The position numbers and the translations under genes were made by a program. The notes beneath the pieces were generated by a model. The model did no database searches. It saw only the letters and a list, made by a program, of their open reading frames with translations, and was not told the origin of the DNA. 64,000 nt of DNA from an uncultured Hormoscilla sp. (lineage in GTDB: Bacteria; Cyanobacteriota; Cyanobacteriia; Cyanobacteriales; Desertifilaceae): contig OZ001293.3 in assembly GCA_963921275.4 (NCBI GenBank), positions 5,344,001 to 5,408,000 on the forward strand, read 5' to 3'. Positions 11,386 to 24,163 of this stretch are shown here, one piece after another; within the stretch, counting starts at the first letter, position 1; every line of letters begins with the position of its first letter.

Positions 11386-11451
11386 TGGGGTCTTGCATAT
11401 ACGTGCTAGCAGGCGATCGACCCCAAAGCCACCCATGAGGTGAACTGTCCC

Positions 11452-11664
11452 TTAGCTTCCCAGAACAAACTTAAGAATGATGCCGATCGTGGTAGCCACA
11501 ATCAGGCTAAAGGCTAGATTCACAACCCATTGAGTCCCCTGCCGATAAGCTTCCGCAAGAGCTACTGAACGATCCAGGTGCTCTACTGATTTATCTAAAC
11601 GATCTAGGCGAGTGTTGATCTCATTCAGCTTTTCCAGAATTTGCTCTATGTCTGACTGAGTCAT
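11452..11664 (-). CDS. Small coiled-coil protein with a C-terminal transmembrane helix
   Basis: GGAGG RBS, heptad pattern, hydrophobic C-terminus. Confidence 0.65.
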   Translation of the reverse strand: MTQSDIEQILEKLNEINTRLDRLDKSVEHLDRSVALAEAYRQGTQWVVNLAFSLIVATTIGIILKFVLGS

Positions 11665-12315
11665 TGTCAATTACCTCCAACACAAATATAACATAACACT
11701 GCAGCACCATCTCTATTCGGAATATATCCCATATCGCACCTGACGCTCTCTTATTTCATTATTATAGCGCGAATTGTTCTTACCTGAATTACTTGCACTA
11801 TTTTTTACCTACTTTGATCCAACCAAATACTTGCTCTGCCGTTAGCATCATATCAATAATTATGGGTCGATCTGGGTCTTGCTTATCGGTGCCACGCGCG
11901 CGACCCCAAAGCCACCCATGAGGTAGCGCTGCATAGGTTTTCCAGAAATCAGGATTTGTCAAGGACTTCATCTAGATGCTTCACAGGGTTAGCTGCAATA
12001 TCTGCTTCAGCTTTAGCGATTAGGTTATCCAATTGGAGATTCTCAACTGATATAATAACTTGTCAATCAGCTCTCTTTGATTGGAACAAATTCGGTGCGA
12101 ATTCCCGAAATAATTCGTAATTGTCAATTGAGCAAATTAATTACTAATTGCCTCATTTTGATTGGGACTGACGAAGGCACAAACAGCAAAAAAATTTTCA
12201 ACTGTTTGGCCATTGTTTTCCCTCACTTTGACAGGGCTAGCAATGCCCACCCTACAGAAACTACAGAAACAATTATTGGTGGGCGATGCCCACCCTACTA
12301 ATTGAAGCCTATACT

Positions 12316-13554
<1,239 letters not shown>

Positions 13555-14066
13555 CTACCACCTGCCCTGAGTGGAGCCACATCACCCCAAGTCTTGGGGC
13601 CAATATGTGGATGCTTTTCCTTTCTCCGGGCAAGGCGCGATCGCGATCGCGCCATTCAGGCACAATTTTTCCATTGTACATGGCGGGGGACATAGTAGGT
13701 CGCAGATCGCCATCTCGGTGGAGATTTGGGGTAGTTTTGATCTCGTAGGCACCAGCAGCTGAGGTTCAGTCTAGGGGGTCTACCACGGTCAGACTGTTGC
13801 CGCCATCGTCAATTTTATCTTTTCTTCAAAACCAATTCGCCCTATTCTTGGTATAGATGTCGATCGCGTAGCGTGCGCGCAGCGCATTCGACTTGCCCGA
13901 CCGGATCTCCTTGTGCGGGGGATCGAGTTCTGGTAGAATTAACCTAAGCTCCTAGGACTAAATACTTAGTTCGAGCTTGGCCCGAGTCGGACTGTCCCCT
14001 GAGACGGACACAGATGAGATCATCCCCTGTCGGCCTCACGCTGGTGCGGGGCCGATTTTTCTGAGG

Positions 14067-14100
14067 TTTGTAGTGAGGACTTCCGTCCTCACTACAAACC
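14067..14100. repeat. GTAG-type REP-like palindrome
   Basis: GGTTTGTAGTGAGGAC-TTCC-GTCCTCACTACAAACC; related copy near 41843. Confidence 0.7.
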
Positions 14101-14162
14101 TCAGTAGAGCCCAATCCGCTCAAACATAAGTAAGCAAATCATCAGATCGAAAGAGGGAATCT

Positions 14163-15173
14163 ATGACAAAGCCCGATCGCGTGGTATTAATAGGTGTAGC
14201 CGGAGACTCCGGATGCGGTAAATCCACGTTCTTGCGTCGCATCACTGACTTGTTCGGAAAAGAATTAGTAACAGTCGTCTGCCTGGATGACTACCATTCT
14301 CTGGACCGGAAACAGCGTAAAGAGACTGGGATTACGGCCCTTGACCCCCGGGCCAACAACTTTGACCTGATGTATGAGCAAGCAAAAGCGCTCAAAAATG
14401 GTCAGACGATCAATAAGCCGATCTACAATCACGAAACGGGCATGATCGACCCGCCAGAGCGAATCACCCCGACCCCGATCGTGGTCCTAGAGGGGCTGCA
14501 CCCCTTGTATGACGAACGAGTTCGCGATCTTTTGGACTTCAGCGTTTACCTGGATATCGGCGACGAGGTAAAAATTGCCTGGAAAATCAAAAGAGATATG
14601 GCAGAACGGGGTCATAGTTATGAAGATGTGCTGTTTGCCATCAATGCCCGTCGCCCAGATTTTATGGCCTACATCGACCCGCAGAAAGCTCACGCCGATG
14701 TGGTCATTCAAATTCTGCCCACGGAGTTGATTAAAGAGGACAAAAAACATAAAATCCTGCGGGTACGCATGATTCAGCGCTACGGAGTAGAAGGTCGCGA
14801 TCCAGTATACCTGTTTGATGAAGGGTCAACGATCCACTGGATTCCCTGCGGTCGCAAGCTCACCTGTTCGTACCCTGGTATTAAAATGTACTACGGACCC
14901 GATAGCTATTACGGTCACGAAGTCTCCATCTTGGAAGTGGACGGTCAGTTCGACAATTTAGAGGAGATGATTTACATCGAAGGTCATCTGAGCAACACCT
15001 CCACTAAATACTACGGCGAATTGACCCATCTGGTGCGGGAGCATCAAGAGTATCCGGGTTCTAACAATGGTAGTGGACTGTTCCAAGTGCTCACGGGTCT
15101 GAAAATGCGGGCCAGCTTTGAATATCAGATGGCGCAGGAAGAAAAGGAAGAAAAGGTGCCTGTTAGCGTGTAA
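14163..15173 (+). CDS. prk: Phosphoribulokinase
   Basis: GDSGCGKST, LDDYHSLDR, RDMAERGH, KLTCSYPG. Confidence 0.97.
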   Translation: MTKPDRVVLIGVAGDSGCGKSTFLRRITDLFGKELVTVVCLDDYHSLDRKQRKETGITALDPRANNFDLMYEQAKALKNGQTINKPIYNHETGMIDPPERITPTPIVVLEGLHPLYDERVRDLLDFSVYLDIGDEVKIAWKIKRDMAERGHSYEDVLFAINARRPDFMAYIDPQKAHADVVIQILPTELIKEDKKHKILRVRMIQRYGVEGRDPVYLFDEGSTIHWIPCGRKLTCSYPGIKMYYGPDSYYGHEVSILEVDGQFDNLEEMIYIEGHLSNTSTKYYGELTHLVREHQEYPGSNNGSGLFQVLTGLKMRASFEYQMAQEEKEEKVPVSV

Positions 15174-15209
15174 AGCACTATCAGCTTTTGCCTGACAATC
15201 TTCACCAAG

Positions 15210-15242
15210 GGCGAGGGGCGGTACGCCTCTCGCGCTTTTTTT
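15210..15242 (+). terminator. Intrinsic terminator after prk
   Basis: GCGAGGGGCG/CGCCTCTCGC stem followed by a T-run. Confidence 0.75.
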
Positions 15243-15522
15243 ATCTTTCTTGATCTCCCGAGGGTTGAGCAGGAGATTGCGCTTTGGCTATTTCATTCTC
15301 AAAATACGCTCTTAGGTATCTAGACCAAACTTACAGCAGCGTAATGAAATAGCCCTGGGGTCTCATAGTCCAAAGAACTGTTAGTTAGCAGTTGGTCCCC
15401 TACTATGGTGAAGGCGTTGTTGCCGGAGACTAACTGGTAAGTAAAGGGATCTCCCAGGTTGGGGTCGGCCCAAGCCTGCCAGAAAGTCCCCACGAATACG
15501 ACAATGCTGCTGTTACTGAGCT

Positions 15523-17078
15523 CTAGGTCGGTAGGAGAGGAGTGCTCTGAAAATCGCTCACGTAAATCGTTTTAATCCCTTGCAGGGTGGCCAGGGTTTC
15601 CCCTTCAAAGTTAATCAAGGTATTTCGGCCCTGAGAGACGATCTGCAAATCGTCTCTACTCAAATCTCCTGCTAGCCCGATCAAGTCCGTACCCTGTTCA
15701 AAGTCTATGATAGTATCCCAGCCCATGCCCGACTCCAGGACAAAAAGATCGGCGCCCCCTCCTCCGTGGAGGGTATCGTTTCCATCTCCGCCGATGAGAG
15801 TGTCTTTCCCGTTGCCTCCGTAGAGGCGATCGCTTCCCTCTCCGCCGATGAGTCCGCCGATGAGGGTGTCCCCCTCTTTCCCAAAGAGTGATAAAGTTAG
15901 GGGTTGGGGGTTGAGGGTTAGGGGTTGACGAGTATTGCTGAAGTTACGGCTGGGAGGAGACTCGGGAACATCGTTGACGTTAACGGTAAAGGCCTCCGAG
16001 TAACTGGCCCCAGTAGCGTCAGTAGTCTGGACGCGGATGCTGTAACTCGATTTGGTCTCATAGTCCGGTGAACTGTTAATTAGCTGTTGGTCCCCTGCTA
16101 TGGGGAAGGCGGCGTTGTCTTCGGCGCTGGCGCTTGAGACAAACTGGTAGGTAATGCTATCTCCATTGTCGGAGTCGGTAATGGAGAAAGTCCCCGCGGC
16201 GCTATTGACTGCGGAGTTTTCATCAATGCTACTGTCAGAGAAGTTACGGCTGGGAAGAGACTCGGGAACATCGTTGACGTTAATCGTGAAAGCTTCCGAG
16301 TAACTGGCCCCAGTAGCGTCAGTAGTCTGGACGCGGATGCTGTAACTCGATTTGGTCTCATAGTCCGGTGAACTGTTAATTAGCAGTTGGTTCCCGGAAA
16401 TGGTGAAGGCGTCGTTATCATCGTCACCAACCCCTGAGACTAACTGGTAGGTAAAGGTATCTTCACTGTCAAGGTCGGTAGTGGAGAAGATCCCCACGAC
16501 GCTATTGACTGCGGAGTTTTCATCAATGCTGCTGCCAGAGAGTTCGAGGTCGGTAGGAGACTCGGGAACATCGTTGACGTTAACGGTAAAGGCCTCCGAG
16601 TAACTGGCCCCAATGCTAAGGGAGTTTCCATCCCGGGTGTCCGCCACTCCAACTTCCAATTTCCGCCCCGGGCTGCTGCCCCCGTCCGGGTAGTAGAGGC
16701 CGCGATGTCAGCCCTTAAAAGAGTCTGTAGCTTAGCCATCAACTCCTCTCCCGTATCTCCGGCGGCTACGTTACAGCCGTAGAGTAGGAGTTGTTTTACC
16801 TTCCACTTCTGCAGGGTAGAGGCGTAATTTCTTAGGGTATCTAAACTCAGTTGGGAGTTCCCCAGATACAGACAGCCAGGGCTGCCGTGGGAGAGTAGGT
16901 GCAGAACCTCTGTTTCTCGATGCTGTCGGAGAAGTTCGCCGATCTGTTCGATGCCATCGGACTGAGGGTCTAAGAGGAAGGGTTTGGCCCCAGGCCGGAT
17001 GCTGTCTATTAGCTGCCGGTAGTTTTCTAAGGAGGCATCTACTATTACTATGGTGTTGGTAAAGGATTTATGCTTCAT
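15523..17078 (-). pseudogene. DUF4347 + cadherin repeats + RTX Ca-binding surface protein, frame broken near 16610
   Basis: LHLLSHGSPG..LYGCNVAAG (DUF4347) joined out of frame to DYETKSSYSIRV cadherin repeats and GGxGxD nonapeptides. Confidence 0.8.
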
Positions 17079-17234
17079 TTTTTGGTTCCTCTCGCATTTT
17101 TGGGCCGAGGTGCTAATACCAGGCCTACTATTAGTATACATCATACTTCTGCTAATAACGAGTGCGGTCCGGAATTTTTTGAGCAATTTTCGACTCTGGT
17201 CGGTGGGTGTGGTTAAAACTCGTTGGTAGGAGGC

Positions 17235-18280
17235 CTCCCCAGCCCGAACTTTAAAGGGTCCGGCTACATGTATATAGCCCGCCTGCGCCGGCTATATACA
17301 TGTATCATCGATGCACCCCCAGCCCGAACCTTAAAGGGTCCGTGCGATTCGTTCTAGCCTAACGTGATCAAACACGGAACGCTAGCCCGGTTTCATTAGC
17401 CGGGAACTCTGACCGCATGGGGGTTAAATTCCCCTCCCCCCAGGTACGGGGGTGACACCGGTCCTCGGTGCTACGAAGCGACATCATCGTGGTGCTAAGC
17501 GAGGACTCAAATGTAGGATAACTGGCAGCCTAAGCCGGTGACGCCGCTAGGAAAGATATCCAAGGTTAGAGCAGGCAAACATGTGCAAGCCTCGTTATAA
17601 GGAACCAGCGAAATAAGGCTATATGCGCTGGCCTAAAAAGGAAATGGTAGCTAGTATTAGTTTTAGACTCTGGCTAATATAGTACTCAAATAGCTCCCGG
17701 GGTATAGTGTGGACCTAAAGGTATCGCGAAATGTTGTTAGGGAACGAAGTAACCTCTCGTGTGCTGTCCATCAGGACAAGTTAGATGTTAAGCGCAAGCC
17801 ACGGGGGGAGGGATGGCCCAAGAAGCGAATGCCCGGGGTAATTCCTGGGATAACATCTACAGTAATGTAGATGATGCTGGGTAGCCAGCGCTGACGTGGG
17901 TCGGTGATACTAGGAAGCTGCTGGAATGAGTAATCCTAAAAAGCCACGGAACTAATCCGAAACGCAAGTGGAGGATAAGGTATGGATAACTGGTAAAACT
18001 GACTTGAAAATGGTGATACTAACGGTTATCAGAACAACCACTCGCTAAACCAGGAAAGGGAAGAAAAGACAGGCGGCAAGGGCTAACGGAAGTAATTCCT
18101 ATTAAGTCTACCTATGAAAAGGGCCTAGTACCCAGTAGCCGGATGCGGTGAAAATCGCAAGTCCGGTTTCTCAAGGGAGGGTCGGGAAGCGATTCCCGGC
18201 TCGACCCCATCCGGCTACATGAACAAAGCCCGCCTGCGCCGGCTATATACATGTATCATTGAGCCCTCCCCAGCCCGAAC
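17235..18280. repeat. Tandem ~80-nt palindromic repeat; the second unit is interrupted by intron copy 1
   Basis: CCCAGCCCGAAC..TAAAGGGTCCGGCTACATG..AGCCCGCCTGCGCCGGCT units on both sides of the intron; related copy at 51103-51153. Confidence 0.8.
17342..18212 (+). mobile_element. ORF-less group II intron, copy 1 (871 nt)
   Basis: 5' GTGCG; domain V AGCCGGATGCGGTGAAAATCGCAAGTCCGGTT (18137-18168); domain VI with GCGA tetraloop and bulged A at 18204; no RT ORF. Confidence 0.93.
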
Positions 18281-18336
18281 CCCCGGGGGGCTGGAGGGGC
18301 TCTTCTTGCCAACGGGCGTCAGACCACACTTCTGAT

Positions 18337-18417
18337 CTTACTCTGGCCTTGGAGGTGCTTACTCTGGCCTTGGAGGTGCTTACTCTGGCCTTGGAGGTGC
18401 TTACTCTGGCCTTGGAG
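18337..18417. repeat. 21-nt tandem repeat (CTTACTCTGGCCTTGGAGGTG) x ~4
   Basis: Read directly. Confidence 0.9.
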
Positions 18418-19010
18418 TTACTCAACTGCCCTGAGGTGATCTTGGATCACGTCAAAGCAAAAGGTTGTGACGCCATGGAATGGCTTTCGTACTTGGTGGA
18501 ATGATTTAGTTATTCCTGGAAATGAACAGTTACTCCTAGAAATGAATGATTTTTCCCGGGAATGACTGAGTCACTCCCGGGAGTTCCGAAGTTATTCCAG
18601 GATAAAATATTTCTATTGTTAAGGGGCGCGAGCGTAGGCTGCGACCTTGGAGGCCAAGGCCATTTAGGGAGAAAGCATGGAGTCGGCTGAGATGTCTAAG
18701 GGGGGGCATTACTAATTCCTCTACTCCTATGTCACTCATCGCGGGCCTCCTGTTAAAACAATTATCACCGGGTGCATTCATCCCCAGCCACTTTCTCATT
18801 ATACTGTATCCTTGACAATCTGGTAATCAAGATTACCATCACTTGTGGCGAGATTTATTGCGATCGCGAGACAGTTTTACCGCATCTGGTCTTCTCCGGG
18901 CAGGCGAGACTCATGCCCTGATCGGCGTTCTACGTGCGATCGGCGAGGTTTTCTCAACCCCGGTGAGTAATACAAGCTATAAGGGCGATCGCCCATGCCT
19001 ATAAATCATG

Positions 19011-19619
19011 TTAACTCAAATTCTGCGTACAAGCTTGGAAAAGAAAGCGAAGTAATCCTAAGACAGTTCCCATTTCCCCGACAGCATGGGGGAGAGTTTG
19101 ATAAACATTACCATCAACAGTCAGTTGATAAAACTTCCAGGTATCTCCGTTGGTAACAATACCCAAGACATCAATTTCTTTACCTATCTGTTTATTTTCC
19201 CAATGACAGGCTTGCATTTCCACTAAACATTGGGCTAAACCTTGCTCGAAATCATCCTTTTTTGCCTCGATAATACACAAATATGGGGCTTCTAAATAAG
19301 CTTTTCTTGCCGCCACAAGGTAATCAACATTGCCATTGGTTTCGTCAGTTTCCAGACTTGCACCTTTCCATATCTTTAAGGTATTAAATTCCTGAATAGC
19401 CTCTTCACAGATAGCGTCGATTACAAGTTTTCTCGACTCTTCATAACTCTGCAAGTCAAAGCATTGTAGTCGTTCTAGGCGTTGCCGAAAGAAATCACTG
19501 ATGGGAACCGGTTCGACCTCAAGATTCCAGAGCAATAATTCAGTTATATTAAGTTGCTTGAATGCTTCTTTATAATTAAAGTTGGAAAAGTTTTTTTTCT
19601 TCTTTTTTGCCGGTTTCAT
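19011..19619 (-). CDS. Restriction-endonuclease-like (PD-(D/E)XK) cyanobacterial protein
   Basis: GNVDY..IIEAKKDDFEQGLAQC..GIVTNG. Confidence 0.7.
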   Translation of the reverse strand: MKPAKKKKKNFSNFNYKEAFKQLNITELLLWNLEVEPVPISDFFRQRLERLQCFDLQSYEESRKLVIDAICEEAIQEFNTLKIWKGASLETDETNGNVDYLVAARKAYLEAPYLCIIEAKKDDFEQGLAQCLVEMQACHWENKQIGKEIDVLGIVTNGDTWKFYQLTVDGNVYQTLPHAVGEMGTVLGLLRFLFQACTQNLS

Positions 19620-19672
19620 GATTGATATTGAATTAGTTACAAAGGTTAACGTGGGCGATGCCCACCCTAGGG

Positions 19673-20069
19673 TTATGGGATGAAGATCCTAGTTACACCC
19701 TTATAGTTTTCGATGTAAAGAACGATCTCCATCAGGCGATCGACACAGCGATCTCTATAGCTTGCTTCATACAGCAGGCGATCTGCATTTCCAATTGTCA
19801 ACACGGGCAAAGAGGTAGGAGTATTTTCTTCGCGCAGCACTTGTTCTAATGAATCTTCTTCTTTACTGCTGCGATTTGCTGTCAGCAGAATCATCTAATT
19901 TGATTGGGCAAATCGCCACACTATGCGAGCGTTACTTTCAATTGGCAATTTTATCTGTGCGAAAGTGATAAAACTAATTTGTTCCCCAATTGAGCCAACC
20001 TTGCTTAACAATGATTCCATAGATCATCACAGCATGTCTCTCAATATTATGATCGACGAGAAAGTTCAT
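19673..20069 (-). pseudogene. DUF5615-like PIN protein (partner of DUF433), with frameshift and internal stop
   Basis: MNFLVDHNIE start overlaps the DUF433 stop (ATGA); MILLTANR..GVTRIFIP tail. Confidence 0.7.
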
Positions 20070-21716
20070 AGCTGTCCGTTAATTTTTGCTAAAGTTCGGG
20101 CTTTTTGCGCTTGTAGCTTTTCCCAAGCAGCCTCTTTACCAGGTGGTGGCGGCATCTTGGCAATTTTGGCTATGAGATCGCGATTGCGTTCTTCCCAATA
20201 CTGCCTGATTTCCTCAGCGTACTTCAAGACCATCTCATACTCAGCCTCCACTTCCTCGCGATTATTCTCAATGTATGACAAAGCTACGTTGATTTCGGAT
20301 GGGGTCGAGCCGGGAATCGCTTCCCGACCCTCCCTTGAGGAACCGGACTTGCGATTTTCACCGCATCCGGCTACTGGGTACTAGGCCCTTTTCATAGGTA
20401 GACTTAATAGGAATTACTTCCGTTAGCCCTTGCCGCCTGTCTTTTCTTCCCTTTCCTGGTTTAGCGAGTGGTTGTTCTGATAACCGTTAGTATCACCATT
20501 TTCAAGTCAGTTTTACCAGTTATCCATACCTTATCCTCCACTTGCGTTTCGGATTAGTTCCGTGGCTTTTTAGGATTACTCATTCCAGCAGCTTCCTAGT
20601 ATCACCGACCCACGTCAGCGCTGGCTACCCAGCATCATCTACATTACTGTAGATGTTATCCCAGGAATTACCCCGGGCATTCGCTTCTTGGGCCATCCCT
20701 CCCCCCGTGGCTTGCGCTTAACATCTAACTTGTCCTGATGGACAGCACACGAGAGGTTACTTCGTTCCCTAACAACATTTCGCGATACCTTTAGGTCCAC
20801 ACTATACCCCGGGAGCTATTTGAGTACTATATTAGCCAGAGTCTAAAACTAATACTAGCTACCATTTCCTTTTTAGGCCAGCGCATATAGCCTTATTTCG
20901 CTGGTTCCTTATAACGAGGCTTGCACATGTTTGCCTGCTCTAACCTTGGATATCTTTCCTAGCGGCGTCACCGGCTTAGGCTGCCAGTTATCCTACATTT
21001 GAGTCCTCGCTTAGCACCACGATGATGTCGCTTCGTAGCACCGAGGACCGGTGTCACCCCCGTACCTGGGGGGAGGGGAATTTAACCCCCATGCGGTCAG
21101 AGTTCCCGGCTAATGAAACCGGGCTAGCGTTCCGTGTTTGACCACGTTAGGCTAGAACGAATCGCACAGACTCTGTCAGGTTGAGAAGATTGCGAATAAA
21201 CTTGGGTGAATATTCTGCTTTCACGTAGTCCATCACGTCGTAGAGGGTTATGCGCTTGCCGTTGATCGAGAGTCCTCTTTCCGTGCGGACGATCGCCGCT
21301 GGTTTGGCATCATGCATGTTTATTTTATTGTGAGCCTTCAGCCCTTGCAGCCTTTTCCAAGCCGCCTCTTGACCAGGTGGTGGCGGCATCTTGGCAATTT
21401 TTACTAAGAAATTGCGATCGCGTTTTTCCCAATTCTGCCTAATTTCCTCAGCCTCCTTCCATAGCATCTCATACTCAGCCTCGACGGCCTCACGATTATC
21501 CTCAATGTATGACAAAGCCGCGTTCATTTCCGACTCTGTCAGCCAGAGAAGATCGATAATCATCTGGGGTGAATAATCATCTTTCAAGTAGTCCATCACG
21601 TCGTACAGGGTAATGCCCTTACCTGCGATCGTGAGTCCTATTTCCGTGCGGACGATCGCCGCCTGCTGGGAATCATTCATGTCTGTCATTTCCTGCAATT
21701 TTCTCTCTTTATCCAT
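20066..21716 (-). CDS. Tandem DUF433 antitoxin-like protein split by intron copy 2 (exons 21716-21168 and 20296-20066)
   Basis: Two IVRTE.GL.I.GK.ITLYDVMDY repeats; removing 20297-21167 gives LTES|EINVALSYIE, matching repeat 1 LTESEMNAALSYIE; start may be at 21680. Confidence 0.85.
20297..21167 (-). mobile_element. ORF-less group II intron, copy 2 (871 nt), sense orientation in the DUF433 gene
   Basis: Reverse complement of copy 1; GTGCG at 21167; its removal restores the host reading frame. Confidence 0.93.
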
Positions 21717-21942
21717 CTTATGAATGGCACTGACTTAAGTTAAAGAATACTCTGTTTGTCATTGCGAGGGGGGGCTCAGAGAGGTTAACTTTGTTGTATA
21801 TGAGTTGACCCCTCCCGCGCAGCCGCTTATGTCACTACCATTCATCCATCTTATAACAATTTGGGCTATTTGGCAAGGATGCGATGAAAATTACTCATCA
21901 ATGTTACAGATATTTTTTTTAGCCTTAACCGACAATGTTTTC

Positions 21943-21995
21943 AGTCGGTTTTAACCGACTCTAGCTATTAGCCGGGGGTTTGAACCCCCGGCGGG
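21943..21995. repeat. Dispersed double-hairpin repeat (AGTCGGTTTTAACCGACT..AGCCGGGGGTTTGAACCCCCGG)
   Basis: Further copies at about 27303-27350 and 49272-49320. Confidence 0.8.
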
Positions 21996-22039
21996 CTATC
22001 GGGAAAGCGGGTAAGTGAGATGTGCGTGAGATATGTTAT

Positions 22040-24010
22040 TTAAGCACCGCCGCGCAATTTATCAAGTACGCTGCGGTCTTCTAAAGTAGAAGTATCCCCA
22101 GCAATTTCTTGACCGCCAGCCAGCGATCGCAGCAACCTGCGCATAATTTTCCCAGAACGAGTTTTGGGCAAAGCGTCAGTAAAGCGAATTTCTCCCGGAC
22201 GGGCGATCACGCCAATTTCCTGGACCACATGCTGCTTCAGTTCGTCTTTGAGTTTTTCACTAGCATTTTGACTACCTTCCAAAGTGACAAAAGCTACAAC
22301 ATTTTCGCCTTTAACTTCGTCGGGCTTACTCACCACAGCTGCTTCTGCTACTGCTGGGTGAGAGACTAAAGCAGACTCAATTTCCATCGTACCCAAACGG
22401 TGTCCTGCCACATTAATGACATCATCAACGCGACCCATTACCCAGAAATAACCATCTTCATCCCGACGGGCACCGTCCCCGGCAAAATATAAATACTGGT
22501 CATCTTTGGGAGCAATATGTTCCCAATAGGTGCGACAGAAGCGATCTGGGTCTCCATAAACCGTGCGCATCATGCTGGGCCAGGGATGGCGAATCACTAA
22601 ATAACCCCCTTGATTATCTGCTACTGGGTTGCCTTCCAAATCCACTATATCTGCAATAATGCCAGGGAAAGGTAGAGTTGCAGAACCGGGTTTGGTCGGC
22701 GTTGCCCCCGGTAGGGGAGTTAGCATAAACCCGCCAGTTTCTGTTTGCCACCAAGTATCCACGATCGGACAGCGTTCTCCACCAATAATGCGGTGATACC
22801 AGATCCAAGCTTCCGGGTTAATGGGTTCCCCTACCGTTCCTAACAAGCGCAGAGAAGATAGATTTCGCGAGTTAGGATGATGTTCGCCCATCTTAATAAA
22901 TGCCCGAATTGCTGTGGGGGCGGTATAGAAAATATTCACGCCGTATTTTTCGACTACATCCCACAAGCAACCGGGGTTAGAAGCGCGGGGGGCACCTTCA
23001 TACATTAGAGAGGTAGCGCCATTGGAAAGGGGACCGTAGACAATATAACTATGCCCTGTAATCCAACCCACATCAGCAGTACACCAATAGACATCCGTAT
23101 CCTGAATGTCAAAAGTCCATTTCAGGGTCATGTGGGTGTAGAGGTTGTAGCCCCCAGTGGTGTGGACGACACCTTTGGGCTTGCCCGTAGTCCCGGATGT
23201 GTAGAGAATGAACAGCATATCTTCGCTGTCCATCGGTTCGGCGGGACAGTCAGCGGAAGCGGTAGCTTGCAAGTCATGCCACCAGTGGTCGCGTCCGGGT
23301 TCCATCTTAATTTCTTGGGCGGTGCGCTTGACTACCAAAACGTTTTCTACTGAGGGGGCACCGTCATTGGCCAAAGCTTTGTCTACTTGCACTTTTAAGG
23401 GCACGATCGCATCTTTGCGCCAACCGCCATCAGCAGTCACCACTAATTTGGCTTCTGCATCTACCAGCCGGTCCTTGAGGGCTTCGGCGCTAAAACCGCC
23501 AAACACTACCGTGTGGGGTGCGCCAATGCGAACACAGGCCAGCATGGCGATCGCCGCTTCGGGAATCATGGGCATGTATATCCCCACCCGATCGCCCTTT
23601 TGCACCCCCAACTGCTTGAAGACATTAGCCATTTGGCAGACTTCCCGATGTAGCTGGGCATAGGTAAGGGTGCGGGAGTCTCCCGGTTCCCCTTCCCAAA
23701 TCAGGGCCGCCTTATTCCTGCGCCAAGTGGTCAAGTGCCTGTCAAGGCAATTGTAAGAAATATTCATCTTGCCGCCCACGAACCACTTCACAAAGGGCGG
23801 TTGCCAATCTAGGACCTGAGTCCATTTCTCGAACCAATGCAACTCTTGTGCAGCCAAGTCCGCCCAAAACCCTTGAGGGTCAGCTTTCCCTTGCTCGTAC
23901 AGTTGCTTGTACTGCTCCAGGCTTTTGATGTGAGCATTTTCCGAGAACCCAGCAGGGGGCTGGAATAGGCGTTTTTCCTTCAGGATCGATTCTATTGTCG
24001 GCCTTTTCAT
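22040..24010 (-). CDS. acs: Acetyl-CoA synthetase
   Basis: [31 protein letters not shown]. Confidence 0.97.
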   Translation of the reverse strand: MKRPTIESILKEKRLFQPPAGFSENAHIKSLEQYKQLYEQGKADPQGFWADLAAQELHWFEKWTQVLDWQPPFVKWFVGGKMNISYNCLDRHLTTWRRNKAALIWEGEPGDSRTLTYAQLHREVCQMANVFKQLGVQKGDRVGIYMPMIPEAAIAMLACVRIGAPHTVVFGGFSAEALKDRLVDAEAKLVVTADGGWRKDAIVPLKVQVDKALANDGAPSVENVLVVKRTAQEIKMEPGRDHWWHDLQATASADCPAEPMDSEDMLFILYTSGTTGKPKGVVHTTGGYNLYTHMTLKWTFDIQDTDVYWCTADVGWITGHSYIVYGPLSNGATSLMYEGAPRASNPGCLWDVVEKYGVNIFYTAPTAIRAFIKMGEHHPNSRNLSSLRLLGTVGEPINPEAWIWYHRIIGGERCPIVDTWWQTETGGFMLTPLPGATPTKPGSATLPFPGIIADIVDLEGNPVADNQGGYLVIRHPWPSMMRTVYGDPDRFCRTYWEHIAPKDDQYLYFAGDGARRDEDGYFWVMGRVDDVINVAGHRLGTMEIESALVSHPAVAEAAVVSKPDEVKGENVVAFVTLEGSQNASEKLKDELKQHVVQEIGVIARPGEIRFTDALPKTRSGKIMRRLLRSLAGGQEIAGDTSTLEDRSVLDKLRGGA

Positions 24011-24163
24011 GCTCTGTATCTCAATAAGGGCATTAAACTATTGTGAACCTAGAGACGCCCAAAAGCATCAATATCAAGAACCCGGTTTTTTGGCAAAACC
24101 GGGTTCTGGCTCACCTAAAGGGGGATGCTGCTGCACTCGGACCGAGCGATCGCACCCCACATC

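Noticed and set aside
18243..18504. Short ORFs with repeated STSKARV / LTLALEV peptides
   Set aside because: Products of a 21-nt tandem repeat; no RBS or family similarity that I can recognise.
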